Positions 28,136 to 37,353 of a stretch of DNA of 64,000 bases are shown one piece after another. How positions within the stretch are numbered: the stretch's first letter is position 1; every line of letters begins with the position of its first letter. Source of the stretch: an uncultured Candidatus Saccharibacteria bacterium (GTDB lineage: Bacteria > Patescibacteriota > Minisyncoccia > Phycocordibacterales > UBA9973); NCBI GenBank assembly GCA_964440545.1, contig CAYTSO010000001.1, forward strand, positions 63,827 to 127,826, given 5' to 3'. The notes beneath the pieces are model-generated. The model did not search any database. It was not told the origin of the DNA and saw only the letters and a program-made list of their open reading frames with translations. The translations under genes were made by a program, and so were the position numbers.

Positions 28136-29353
28136 ATGTTTTTTACTTATATCGCAAAAACAAAAACAGGGGAAGAAATTGAAGGCGTGATAAATGCTGC
28201 AGATCGTTATGTTGCTGCCCAGGAAATAAAATCTCGTGGCCTAATGCCACTATCTGTTAAAGAAAAGAGAGAAGTTTTTTGGAATATTTCTTCAAAGTTC
28301 TCTAATATTTTTTCTAGAATAAGTGTTAACGAAAAAATTATTTTTACAAAAAATTTGAGCGGAATGCTTCGAGCAGGGCTTTCTCTTTATCGAGCGCTGT
28401 CGGTTTTGGAAAAACAGACTAAAAATCCTAAGTTTAATAAAATTTTATTATCTCTAGCAACTGATATAAATGCCGGTCAGTCTTTTTTTTATGCTCTTTC
28501 AAAATTTCCCGAAGTATTTTCTGGCCTTTTTCTTTCGATGACGAAAGCCGGAGAAGAGTCCGGAAATCTTTCTGGGGCTCTGTCTGATATTGGTTTAAAT
28601 TTAGAAAAGGCCCACTCCTTAACAAAAAAAATAAGAGGAGCGCTTATTTATCCTGGCATCATTCTTTCTGCGATGGTCGTCATTGGTGTTTTAATGTTTG
28701 CTTTTGTGGTTCCAACCCTGGCGAGCACATTCAAAGAGCTTGGGGTCGTTCTGCCTCTTTCTACCAGGATTCTTATTTTCTTTGGTAATTTTTTCTCTAA
28801 TCATTTGATTTTAAGTTTTACTATTATTATTGGCGTTGGTTTTGGTTTATATATGATGCTTCGAGCCAAGTTTATAAGACCTTTTATTGATTTTTTTGTT
28901 ATCAAAATTCCAGTTGTCAGTACTTTAACCAAAGAATTAAACACTGCCCGCACCGCCCGAACAATTTCTTCTCTTTTGCTTGCTGGAGTTTCCCTCGGAA
29001 GAGCCTTGGAAATAACAGAAGATGTGGTCCAAAATATTTATTACAAAAAAGTTCTGGAGAAAGCTAAAGATGAGATAGAAAAAGGCGTTCCGCTTTCTCA
29101 GGCTTTTAAAACAAATATCAAACTTTATCCGATCATGATGGGAGAAATGGTAGAAGTTGGAGAAGAGACAGGCAGACTTTCTGACATGTTGCTGGACATT
29201 TCTTCTTTTTATGAAGAAGAGGTTGAAAGCAAGACAAAGAATCTTTCCACCATTATCGAGCCTTTGCTGATGATTGTTATTGGGTCGGGGGTTGGATTTT
29301 TTGCTATTTCAATGATTTCTCCGCTTTATTCAATTTTAGGAAGCATAGAATAA
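28136..29353 (+). CDS. pilC: Type IV pilus / T2SS inner-membrane platform protein (PilC/GspF family)
   Basis: 405 aa, duplicated T2SSF domains, 3-4 TM helices, conserved GxxL.ALS..F region. Confidence 0.85.
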   Translation: MFFTYIAKTKTGEEIEGVINAADRYVAAQEIKSRGLMPLSVKEKREVFWNISSKFSNIFSRISVNEKIIFTKNLSGMLRAGLSLYRALSVLEKQTKNPKFNKILLSLATDINAGQSFFYALSKFPEVFSGLFLSMTKAGEESGNLSGALSDIGLNLEKAHSLTKKIRGALIYPGIILSAMVVIGVLMFAFVVPTLASTFKELGVVLPLSTRILIFFGNFFSNHLILSFTIIIGVGFGLYMMLRAKFIRPFIDFFVIKIPVVSTLTKELNTARTARTISSLLLAGVSLGRALEITEDVVQNIYYKKVLEKAKDEIEKGVPLSQAFKTNIKLYPIMMGEMVEVGEETGRLSDMLLDISSFYEEEVESKTKNLSTIIEPLLMIVIGSGVGFFAISMISPLYSILGSIE

Positions 29354-29357
29354 TTTT

Positions 29358-29825
29358 ATGAAAAATAATTTTAGAAAAGGAATAAGTGTTATAGAAATTT
29401 TAATTGTAATTGTCGTCCTTGGCATTATATTTTCAATTGTCTTTTCGCAATTTTCTAAAATTAGGGAAAATCAAGTATTGAAAACAGCCGTGAGTGATAT
29501 TTTGTCTAGTTTAAATAAAGCGCAAACGCAAACCTTAGCATCTCTAGACTCTTCTTCTTACGGGGTGCATTTTCAAGCTGACAAGGTTGTAATTTTTAAA
29601 GGCACGATCTTTTCAGAAAGCGATGTTGATAATGAAGAAATAAATATTTTGGCACCTGCAACCATCTCAGACGTAACTTTGTCCGAAGTGAGCGGAAGTA
29701 CCGGCGATATTTACTTTAATCGTCTTTCTGGAATGCCAAATCAGGCTGGTGTTATAACTATCTCTACAGATTCTTTTTCTAAAATTATTACAATTTCAGC
29801 TACAGGCACTGCTAGTGCGAACTAA
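29358..29825 (+). CDS. Prepilin-type (class III signal) pilin/pseudopilin, probable major subunit
   Basis: MKNNFRKG|ISVIEILIVIVVLGII: G-1, Glu+5, hydrophobic N-terminal helix. Confidence 0.75.
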   Translation: MKNNFRKGISVIEILIVIVVLGIIFSIVFSQFSKIRENQVLKTAVSDILSSLNKAQTQTLASLDSSSYGVHFQADKVVIFKGTIFSESDVDNEEINILAPATISDVTLSEVSGSTGDIYFNRLSGMPNQAGVITISTDSFSKIITISATGTASAN

Positions 29826-29877
29826 AAAATGTTCTATTCAATGAATTAACCAAAGCCACGATAAACAAACTTGAATC

Positions 29878-30300
29878 ATGAAAAAGCAAACTACAAACAA
29901 AGGTTTTATGGCTGTCGAAATATTAATTGCGGTTTCAATTATTGTTATTTTTGTTTTGGTTGCCATGACTGTTGCTCAAAAATCTATTTATATTTCTCGT
30001 CAGGCCCTACATGCGACTCAAGCGGCCTTTTTACTAGAGGAAGGGGCAGAAAATACCAGAATTATTCGGGACAATAATTGGGAAGATCTTGTCGCCCTGA
30101 ATACTTCGGAGCAAATAGGAATTTTTAACAGATCGGTTGTTGTTTCTGAAGTAAGCAGAAATGAAATAACTGGAGATATTGGTTCTGGTGTGGTAGACCC
30201 TAGAACAAAACTGATAACAGTTACAGTTTCCTGGCCTGAAGGAGGGCAAACTATAAGCAAAACTTTACAATTTTATGTAGCGGATATTTTTTCAGAATGA
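29878..30300 (+). CDS. Prepilin-type minor pilin/pseudopilin
   Basis: MKKQTTNKG|FMAVEILIAVSIIV: G-1, Glu+5. Confidence 0.7.
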   Translation: MKKQTTNKGFMAVEILIAVSIIVIFVLVAMTVAQKSIYISRQALHATQAAFLLEEGAENTRIIRDNNWEDLVALNTSEQIGIFNRSVVVSEVSRNEITGDIGSGVVDPRTKLITVTVSWPEGGQTISKTLQFYVADIFSE

Positions 30301-30821
30301 AAATTTTTAATAAAAAAGTGAATAGAAAAAAAAGTCCGTCTGCGTTTGGAGGTTACGCTGTTTTAGAATTAATCTTTTACATTACTTTTTTTGCCATTCT
30401 TTCAATTGTTCTCGTCAACGCGATGATAACCATGGCAAAATCATTCAAAGAAACTTCTATTCAAGCAGAGTTGGTTCAAAGCGGAATGATGATGGAGAAA
30501 ATATCTCGGGAGCTTAGACAGGCCGACGATTTTTCTTTTGCTTCAAATATTCTTATTATCAATACAAGAGACGATTTTGACAATTCAAAAACAATAACCT
30601 ACGCCTTTTTTGATTCAAGTGCGCAAATAGAAGATAGTCTTCTTGGAGATTTAGGAAATTTAAATACTCCCAATATTGCAATTATAGATTTTAATTTTAC
30701 GCCAGTCATCACCGCTAAAGGAAAAGCGGCAGTTGTAACGTTAACCGTTAGGTCTAACAACGACACCAGCGAGAGAACAATCACTTTTAACAATACTGTT
30801 GTCCTCCGGGGAAGTTATTAA
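30297..30821 (+). CDS. Prepilin-type minor pilin/pseudopilin
   Basis: ...SAFGG|YAVLELIFYITFF: G-1, Glu+5; start overlaps previous stop (ATGA). Confidence 0.6.
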   Translation: MKIFNKKVNRKKSPSAFGGYAVLELIFYITFFAILSIVLVNAMITMAKSFKETSIQAELVQSGMMMEKISRELRQADDFSFASNILIINTRDDFDNSKTITYAFFDSSAQIEDSLLGDLGNLNTPNIAIIDFNFTPVITAKGKAAVVTLTVRSNNDTSERTITFNNTVVLRGSY

Positions 30822-30832
30822 AAATAAAAATT

Positions 30833-32575
30833 ATGTCAGGATCTAGAAAAATAAAAAAAATTAATTATCAAGCCGGTGCAGCAATGCTTGTTTCCGTGAT
30901 TTTCTTTCTTTTTATTTCCCTGGCTATTATCTTTGGTCTTGTTTCTCCAACGGTGCGAGAATTTAAAATAGCGAATGATTTAATAAAATCCAAGCAAAGT
31001 TTCTTTTTGTCCGAATCTGGAGCAGAGGATATATTTTTTAGATTAAAAAACGCAAAACCAACAAATTCCCCTTCCTTTATTGAGCTTAATGGTAGTACTG
31101 CTACGACCACCATTGCTGATTCTGGTTACAATGAGAAAACGATAACCGCCCTAGGGGATGTCTTTTCCAGACAAAGAGTAAACGAGCTTCTTTTGGGCAC
31201 TGGTACGGGGATTGCTTTCGGCTACGGAGTGCAAGTTGGAACCGGCGGTTTTACCATGGGAAACGGGTCCTCTGTTCAAGGAAGCGTGTATTCAAACGGC
31301 ACAATTGTTGGAGCCGGATCAATTACTGGCACTGCCGTGTCGGCAAACTCTGCCGCTCTTTCCGCCGATCAAGTAAATGGCTCTGGTACTCCTGCATATG
31401 ATATTACATTTGGAAACGCAGACAGCACACAGGATTTTGCCCAAAGTTTTACTGTGAGCACAACAGGGGTGGTTAGTAAGGTTGAATTATATTTTAAAAA
31501 AGTCAGCATACCCTCAAATTTAACCGTTCGAATTGTTTCTGACGACGGAGGGAGCCCGGGTACGACCACTCTTGCTTCTAGTGTTGTTTCTGCCTCTTTA
31601 ATTTCTACTAATTATGGTTGGGTAAACGTGCCTTTTTCTTCTAACCCGGAATTAATATCCGGCACAAATTATTGGATTGTTATTGACGCAGCTACAAATT
31701 CTTCTCGCTATTATGCTATAGGTGCAAATGACAACGGCTACGGAAGTGGAGTTGGCAAAATTGGTAAGTATGGTAACAACTGGAATACCACAAGTCCAGC
31801 TGGATTAGACGGATACTTTAAGTTATATTTGGGCGGGCTAACAGGCCTCATTGACGGGATTATCGTTGGCACAGAGGGCGAGGGTAATGCTTATGCACAC
31901 ACCGTAAACAATTCAAACATTGCGGGCACAAATTATTGTCAGGAAGGAAATAATAATAATAAATCTTGCGATACAAGCTTGCCGGATCCAACGCAGGTCG
32001 CTATGCCAATTTCTGAGCAAAATATCTTAGATTGGAAAAACGAGGCAGCAGAAGGAGGAACACATTTTGGAGACATTACCATCGATGGAATTTCTACTTC
32101 CTTGGGTCCTAAAAGAATTACAGGCAATCTTATTGTCACCAACAATGCCCATCTCACCATGACAGGAAATATTTGGGTTGAGGGGGATATGGATATTAGC
32201 AACAACGCAGTCGTTAGTCTTTCTCCAAGTTATGGCACCTCTGATGGTACCATGATTGTTGATGGCATTATTGATATATCAAACAACGCTATCTTTAACG
32301 GTTCCGGCTCTGAGGGCAGTTATATTATGGCTCTTTCAACCTCAACTTCAACCTTGGCCATTACCTTGGCAAACAACGGTGGAGCTGTAACTCTTTACGC
32401 AGCCAATGGTACGGTAAACCTGGCGAATAATTCTACCGCCAAGGCGCTAAACGGGAAGTATATCAATTTAAATAATAATGCTGTGGTAATTTATGATGAA
32501 GGATTGGCAAACTCCAACTTTGTAAATGGGCCATCCGGTGGATGGAATATCAGATCGTGGAAAGAGGTTAAATAA
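30833..32575 (+). CDS. Large (580 aa) Glu5-less pilin-like protein (GspK/PilX-like candidate tip or adhesin subunit) with beta-helix-like Asn-rich repeats
   Basis: N-term ...INYQAG|AAMLVSVIFFLF: prepilin-like hydrophobic helix but Val at +5; C-terminal repeats NNAHLTMTGNIWVEGDMDISNNAVVSL / IDISNNAIFNGSG / ANNGGAVTLYAANGTVNLANNSTA. Confidence 0.45.
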   Translation: MSGSRKIKKINYQAGAAMLVSVIFFLFISLAIIFGLVSPTVREFKIANDLIKSKQSFFLSESGAEDIFFRLKNAKPTNSPSFIELNGSTATTTIADSGYNEKTITALGDVFSRQRVNELLLGTGTGIAFGYGVQVGTGGFTMGNGSSVQGSVYSNGTIVGAGSITGTAVSANSAALSADQVNGSGTPAYDITFGNADSTQDFAQSFTVSTTGVVSKVELYFKKVSIPSNLTVRIVSDDGGSPGTTTLASSVVSASLISTNYGWVNVPFSSNPELISGTNYWIVIDAATNSSRYYAIGANDNGYGSGVGKIGKYGNNWNTTSPAGLDGYFKLYLGGLTGLIDGIIVGTEGEGNAYAHTVNNSNIAGTNYCQEGNNNNKSCDTSLPDPTQVAMPISEQNILDWKNEAAEGGTHFGDITIDGISTSLGPKRITGNLIVTNNAHLTMTGNIWVEGDMDISNNAVVSLSPSYGTSDGTMIVDGIIDISNNAIFNGSGSEGSYIMALSTSTSTLAITLANNGGAVTLYAANGTVNLANNSTAKALNGKYINLNNNAVVIYDEGLANSNFVNGPSGGWNIRSWKEVK

Positions 32576-32579
32576 GCTG

Positions 32580-32594
32580 TGTTATACTAAAAGT
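32580..32594 (+). promoter_or_regulatory. Extended -10 promoter (TGtTATACT) 6 nt upstream of tpiA ATG; leaderless-type
   Basis: ctgTGtTATACTaaaagtATG. Confidence 0.5.
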
Positions 32595-33362
32595 ATGCGA
32601 AAAAATTTAATTATTGGAAACTGGAAAATGAACCCTCTTACCTTAAGGGAGGCAGAAAGATTGTTTTCTGGCGTGGCGAAGGAGGTTTCTCGTGTTAAAA
32701 ACACAGAGGTAATAATTTGCCCACCTTTTATATTTTTAGATAAACTGAGCAAGATTCGAACCAGTAAAATTAAGCTTGGTGCCCAGAACTCTTTTATTGG
32801 AGACACTGGCGCTTTTACCGGAGAAATTTCAGGAGAGATGCTTTATGAGATAGGAGCAAAATTCGTAATTTTGGGTCATTCAGAAAGGCGAGAACTGGGA
32901 GAAAGCAATGCGGACATTAATCAAAAAATAAAAGCAGCGCTTGTCGCTGGACTTCGTCCGATATTGTGTGTTGGAGAAAATGAACGGGATCAAAATCACG
33001 GTTATTTTAATTTAGTTAAAGTTCAACTAGAGGAATGTCTTGCTGGTGTTTCCAAAAATTCAATTTCTAAAATAACAATTGCCTACGAGCCAGTCTGGGC
33101 TATTTCCAGCACCCCAAATCGCAAAGATGCCTCGGCGGACGATTCTAGGGAGATGAGTATTTTTATTCGGAAGGTGCTCTCAGATAAATTTGGAAAGGAT
33201 GCATCTCGTATAAAAATTATTTATGGCGGTTCAGTAAATGAAAAAGACGCTCAAGAATTTTTGGAAGATGGAGGCATAGACGGATTGCTCGTCGGTCATG
33301 CCAGTTTGGATATGAAAAAGTTTTCAGAAATTATAAAAATATGCGAAACATTAGGCAGATAA
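32595..33362 (+). CDS. tpiA: Triosephosphate isomerase
   Basis: MRKNLIIGNWKMN..., active-site region ILGHSERR, AYEPVWAI; ORF-track start 32526 is upstream of the homology start. Confidence 0.9.
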   Translation: MRKNLIIGNWKMNPLTLREAERLFSGVAKEVSRVKNTEVIICPPFIFLDKLSKIRTSKIKLGAQNSFIGDTGAFTGEISGEMLYEIGAKFVILGHSERRELGESNADINQKIKAALVAGLRPILCVGENERDQNHGYFNLVKVQLEECLAGVSKNSISKITIAYEPVWAISSTPNRKDASADDSREMSIFIRKVLSDKFGKDASRIKIIYGGSVNEKDAQEFLEDGGIDGLLVGHASLDMKKFSEIIKICETLGR

Positions 33363-34408
33363 AAAACTTAAAAGGAAAAACTGTGCTTTTGCGGGTGGAT
33401 TTCAATGTGCCGATTAAAAATGGCAAGGTGGTGGATGATTTCAAAATTGTAAAAGCATTGCCTACAATAAATTTTCTTCTTAAAAAAGGTGCAAAAGTAA
33501 TTTTGATCACGCACCTCGGAAAAGATGGCACAAAAAGCTTAATGCCCGTAATAAAGAAATTTTTTGATATTTCGAAAATCAATAAAGACAAAATAGTCTT
33601 TTTTGAAAATATTAGAAAGTTTCCAGGAGAAAAGAAGAATGATCAAGCTTTTGCAAAAGGACTTGCAATGTTGGGCAATATTTACGTAAATGATGCTTTT
33701 TCAGTTTGTCACAGAGAGCACGCCTCAGTAGTTTCGTTGCCGAAATATCTACCGAGTTATGCAGGTTTTCAGCTCGAGCAGGAAGTAAAAAATCTTTCAC
33801 ATGCCTTGCGAAACCCCAAGCACCCCTTCCTTTTTATTTTGGGCGGGGCGAAGTTTGAAACAAAAGTACCACTGATTCAAAAATATTTAAAATTAGCAAG
33901 TCACGTATTTATTGGGGGTGCGCTTGCTAATGATTTCTTAAAATACAAAGGCTATGAAATAGGCAAATCGCTGGTAAGTGAAAAAAATTTTGGTATTGGA
34001 AAAATTATAAAAAATAAAAAATTGATTTTGCCTATCGACGTCCTTGTGAAGTCCGGGAATAGATTTATAGACAAAAAAGTGGATGCAGTAAAAAAGGATG
34101 AAATAATTTTGGATGTCGGTAAGGACACGACAAGAATGCTGGCTCCTTTAATTAGGGAATCCAAACTAGTTCTCTGGAATGGACCCTTGGGCAAGTATGA
34201 GGATGTCCACGTTGGAAAGGTTGATGAAAAAATCTTGAAACTGGTTGCAGACTCAAAAGCTGAAAGTATCATCGGAGGAGGTGATACCGTAGCTCAGGTT
34301 TCTAAAATGAAAATGAGAAATAAATTTTCCTTTCTTTCTACTGGCGGTGGCGCTACGCTTGATTTTCTCGCTCACGGAACCCTGCCTGGGATTAAAGCTC
34401 TAAAATAA
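33341..34408 (+). CDS. pgk: Phosphoglycerate kinase (compact, 355 aa)
   Basis: RVDFNVP, ALPTI, C-terminal STGGGATLDFLAHGTLPGIKAL; overlaps tpiA end by 22 nt. Confidence 0.85.
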   Translation: MRNIRQIKNLKGKTVLLRVDFNVPIKNGKVVDDFKIVKALPTINFLLKKGAKVILITHLGKDGTKSLMPVIKKFFDISKINKDKIVFFENIRKFPGEKKNDQAFAKGLAMLGNIYVNDAFSVCHREHASVVSLPKYLPSYAGFQLEQEVKNLSHALRNPKHPFLFILGGAKFETKVPLIQKYLKLASHVFIGGALANDFLKYKGYEIGKSLVSEKNFGIGKIIKNKKLILPIDVLVKSGNRFIDKKVDAVKKDEIILDVGKDTTRMLAPLIRESKLVLWNGPLGKYEDVHVGKVDEKILKLVADSKAESIIGGGDTVAQVSKMKMRNKFSFLSTGGGATLDFLAHGTLPGIKALK

Positions 34409-34799
34409 TTTTTTGCGCTAGATTTTTAGCTTCATCCGCTGGATGTTCTCTTCCTCCCCAGTGTTTATGTCCGTCATTTTCAAATCTTGGAATTATGTGA
34501 AAATGTGCGTGAAAAACGAGTTGTCCCGCTGCTTCGTCGTTATTCATGCCGAGATTTATTCCGTCTGCGTTTGTGCCCTTTTTGACCGCGACAGCTAGTT
34601 TTTTTATTACTGGTCCAGTTTTTGAAATTAATTCTTCTGGAAATTCATAAAGATTTTTGACGTGTGTTTTGGGTATGAGAAGAGCATGCCCGAGATTTAC
34701 CGGTTTAATATCGAGAAAAGCAAAAAAATCTGCGTCCTCATAGATTTTATCGCTTGGTATTTCTCCTTTTGCAATTTTACAAAAAATGCAATCGTTCAT
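34392..34799 (-). CDS. HIT-family (histidine triad) nucleotide hydrolase
   Basis: CIFCKI..., HFHIIPR histidine triad; 17-nt convergent overlap with pgk 3' end. Confidence 0.9.
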   Translation of the reverse strand: MNDCIFCKIAKGEIPSDKIYEDADFFAFLDIKPVNLGHALLIPKTHVKNLYEFPEELISKTGPVIKKLAVAVKKGTNADGINLGMNNDEAAGQLVFHAHFHIIPRFENDGHKHWGGREHPADEAKNLAQKIILEL

Positions 34800-34827
34800 A
34801 TGCGTATTATATGTTAAAATCTGCTAT

Positions 34828-36570
34828 ATGCAAAGATATGGAGAATTACTGAGGACACTTTTGGAAAAAAGAGGGATTGTCAATCCGGCGGAAGCCGAGA
34901 TTTTTTTGAATCCGGATTATGAGCGTGATTTTCACGACCCCTTTCTAATGAGGGACATGGAGAAAGCTTGTGTCAGGCTTTTTGAGGCCGTGGAGGCAGA
35001 AGAAAAAATAGTAATTTATGCCGATTATGATTCTGATGGTATCCCCGGAGCAGTGATTTTGACCGATTTGTTCAAATTAATAGGGTATGAAAATTATGAT
35101 GTCTATATTCCGCAGAGAAATTCCGAAGGATATGGTTTAAATCTTGACGCCATAAAAGAATTTGCGAAATCCAGCGTGAAACTTTTAATTACCGTGGATT
35201 TGGGTATTACAGCAGTGGCGGAAATAGTCCAGGCGGAAGTAGGTGGCATTGATGTAATAATTACTGATCACCACATACCTAAACAAGAAATTCAAACCGA
35301 GAAAAATTCTCCTGCCCTCGCCCTTGGAGACAAAAAGGCAGGGAACCCGCGGCTCCTTAATTTTTCTAAGTTTAAATTTCTATTACCTCGGGCTTATGCA
35401 ATTCTAAATCCAAAGATAGATAATTATCCAGAAAAAATGCTATGTGGTGCAGGTGTTGTTTTTAAACTAGCGCAAGGATTTATAAAAAAATATGGTGAGT
35501 ATTTTAAAATTAAAGAAGGAAAAGAAAAGTGGATGCTAGATATGGCGGGTCTGGCGACCCTTTCTGACATGGTTCCTTTGCTGGGGGAAAACAGAGCGAT
35601 GGCGTATTTCGGAATGAAAGTTTTGCGCAAGTCTCCGCGCCCAGGACTGCAAAAACTTCTAGCTAAAATGAACATTGATCAGAAATATTTATCTGAAGAC
35701 GATATTGGTTTTATGGTTACGCCACGGTTGAACGCTGCATCACGCATGGACGATCCAATGAGGGCTTATGAATTACTTGCTACAAATGACGAGGTGGAGG
35801 CTGGCATTCTTGCGAACCATTTAACAAAAATAAATGACGAAAGAAAAACGATCGTGACTTCCATTATGCGGGAGGTTCATAAAAAACTGGAAAAGTATGA
35901 GCACAGAGAGGTATTGGTTATAGGTAATCCGAAATGGAAAGTGGGGGTTTTAGGGTTAGTGGCTGGAAAAATATCAGATGAATACAACAAGCCCGTTTTT
36001 GTCTGGGGAAAGGATGAAAATGATTGTATTAAAGGTTCCTGTCGAAGCGATGGTTCAGTGTCCACTATGGAACTCATGGCACAAGCATGTGAATCATTTC
36101 TTGAATTTGGGGGTCATGAGCTAGCGGGAGGTTTTACGGTACATAGTGATAAAATCCACTTTTTAGAGGAGACATTGTCAGCGTCCTTTCACAAAGTGAA
36201 AAAGGAGAAAGCAGAAGACGAAACGAAATACGATATTAGAACTGATTTGAGTGTCGTAAACATGAAAAACTGGAAAGAAATAGAAAAAATGTCTCCCTTT
36301 GGGTTTGGAAATCCGAAACCAATTTTTCTTCTTGAAAATGTTCAGGTTGAAAAAATAAAAAAGTTCGGAAAAAATGGATCTGGGGAACATTTAGAAATTA
36401 CTTTTTCTGACCAGGGCGACAAAGCAAAAGCAGTTTCTTTTTTTACCAAAGTAGATTCTTTTAAAAAATCCTTAACGGAAGGAGTAAGAGTGAATTTATT
36501 AGCCAATTTTGACCTTTCTAGGTTTGCGGGAAAAACTACGTTAAGATTAAGGATAGTTGATATCCGGTAA
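34828..36570 (+). CDS. recJ: Single-stranded-DNA-specific exonuclease RecJ (DHH/DHHA1)
   Basis: IYADYDSDGIPGAVIL (DHH motif I), ITDHH (motif III), DHHA1 C-terminal region GGHELAGG; preferred start MQRYGELL at 34828 with extended -10 TGtTAAAAT 7 nt upstream. Confidence 0.85.
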   Translation: MQRYGELLRTLLEKRGIVNPAEAEIFLNPDYERDFHDPFLMRDMEKACVRLFEAVEAEEKIVIYADYDSDGIPGAVILTDLFKLIGYENYDVYIPQRNSEGYGLNLDAIKEFAKSSVKLLITVDLGITAVAEIVQAEVGGIDVIITDHHIPKQEIQTEKNSPALALGDKKAGNPRLLNFSKFKFLLPRAYAILNPKIDNYPEKMLCGAGVVFKLAQGFIKKYGEYFKIKEGKEKWMLDMAGLATLSDMVPLLGENRAMAYFGMKVLRKSPRPGLQKLLAKMNIDQKYLSEDDIGFMVTPRLNAASRMDDPMRAYELLATNDEVEAGILANHLTKINDERKTIVTSIMREVHKKLEKYEHREVLVIGNPKWKVGVLGLVAGKISDEYNKPVFVWGKDENDCIKGSCRSDGSVSTMELMAQACESFLEFGGHELAGGFTVHSDKIHFLEETLSASFHKVKKEKAEDETKYDIRTDLSVVNMKNWKEIEKMSPFGFGNPKPIFLLENVQVEKIKKFGKNGSGEHLEITFSDQGDKAKAVSFFTKVDSFKKSLTEGVRVNLLANFDLSRFAGKTTLRLRIVDIR

Positions 36571-36624
36571 ATTATGGCAAAAGATAAAGTAACTATTTAT
36601 CCGCACACTAATTTTTGTTAAGTT

Positions 36625-36891
36625 ATGTTCTATGTTTATATGCTAAAAAGTAATTCCCATGACGAATTGTATGTTGGCTCCACAAATGATCTAAGGAAAC
36701 GGGTTTTAGAACATAACAACGGAAAAGTATATTCGACTAGAAACAAGAAACCATATATGTTAATTTATTATGAAGCGTATCGCGTAGAAGCAGATGCGCG
36801 AAGAAGAGAGAAAATGTTGAAGCTTAGAGGCCAAGCTAGACACCAATTAATTACAAGACTAAAAGATTCACTTGGAAAAAACAAAAATTAG
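36625..36891 (+). CDS. GIY-YIG nuclease-domain protein (YhbQ-like, standalone)
   Basis: FYVYMLKSNSHDELYVGSTNDLRKRVLEHN; 88 aa. Confidence 0.8.
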   Translation: MFYVYMLKSNSHDELYVGSTNDLRKRVLEHNNGKVYSTRNKKPYMLIYYEAYRVEADARRREKMLKLRGQARHQLITRLKDSLGKNKN

Positions 36892-37342
36892 TGTGCGGAT
36901 TTATACTGACGGGGCGGCGAGAGGGAATCCTGGTAAGGCGGGGTGGGGAGCCATTTTGTTTTTGGGAGAGAAAATAGTTGAACTCGGTGGTAGGAAAGAT
37001 CATGCGACTAATAACCAAATGGAATTAACTGCGCCGATTGAGGCCCTTAAGTATGTAAAAAAATACAAAACTGGCAATGAAATAGAGATTGTTTCTGATT
37101 CAAAATATGTGATTTTGGGAATTACCGAGTGGATTTTTAATTGGCAGAAAAATAATTGGCGCAACGCGGCGAAAAAACCGGTTTTGAACCGTGAACTTTG
37201 GGAGGAGTTATATAAATTGGCGGAAGAATTAAAACCAAAATGGACTTACGTAAAAGGGCACAATGAAAATAAATGGAACGACCGAGCGGACGAAATCGCC
37301 ACCAGTTTTGCGGACGGCGTGCCAGTAAAATTGAAAAAATAA
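36872..37342 (+). CDS. rnhA: Ribonuclease HI
   Basis: IYTDGAARGNPGKAGWGAIL...NNQMELTA...VSDSKYV...NDRADEIA (DEDD catalytic residues); TTG/GTG start overlapping the GIY-YIG gene end. Confidence 0.8.
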   Translation: MEKTKISVRIYTDGAARGNPGKAGWGAILFLGEKIVELGGRKDHATNNQMELTAPIEALKYVKKYKTGNEIEIVSDSKYVILGITEWIFNWQKNNWRNAAKKPVLNRELWEELYKLAEELKPKWTYVKGHNENKWNDRADEIATSFADGVPVKLKK

Positions 37343-37353
37343 TTGCATTTCAA

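Noticed and set aside
36571-36624. 15-aa ORF (MAKDKVTIYPHTNFC) between recJ and the GIY-YIG gene
   Set aside because: Too short, no signals; likely untranslated spacer
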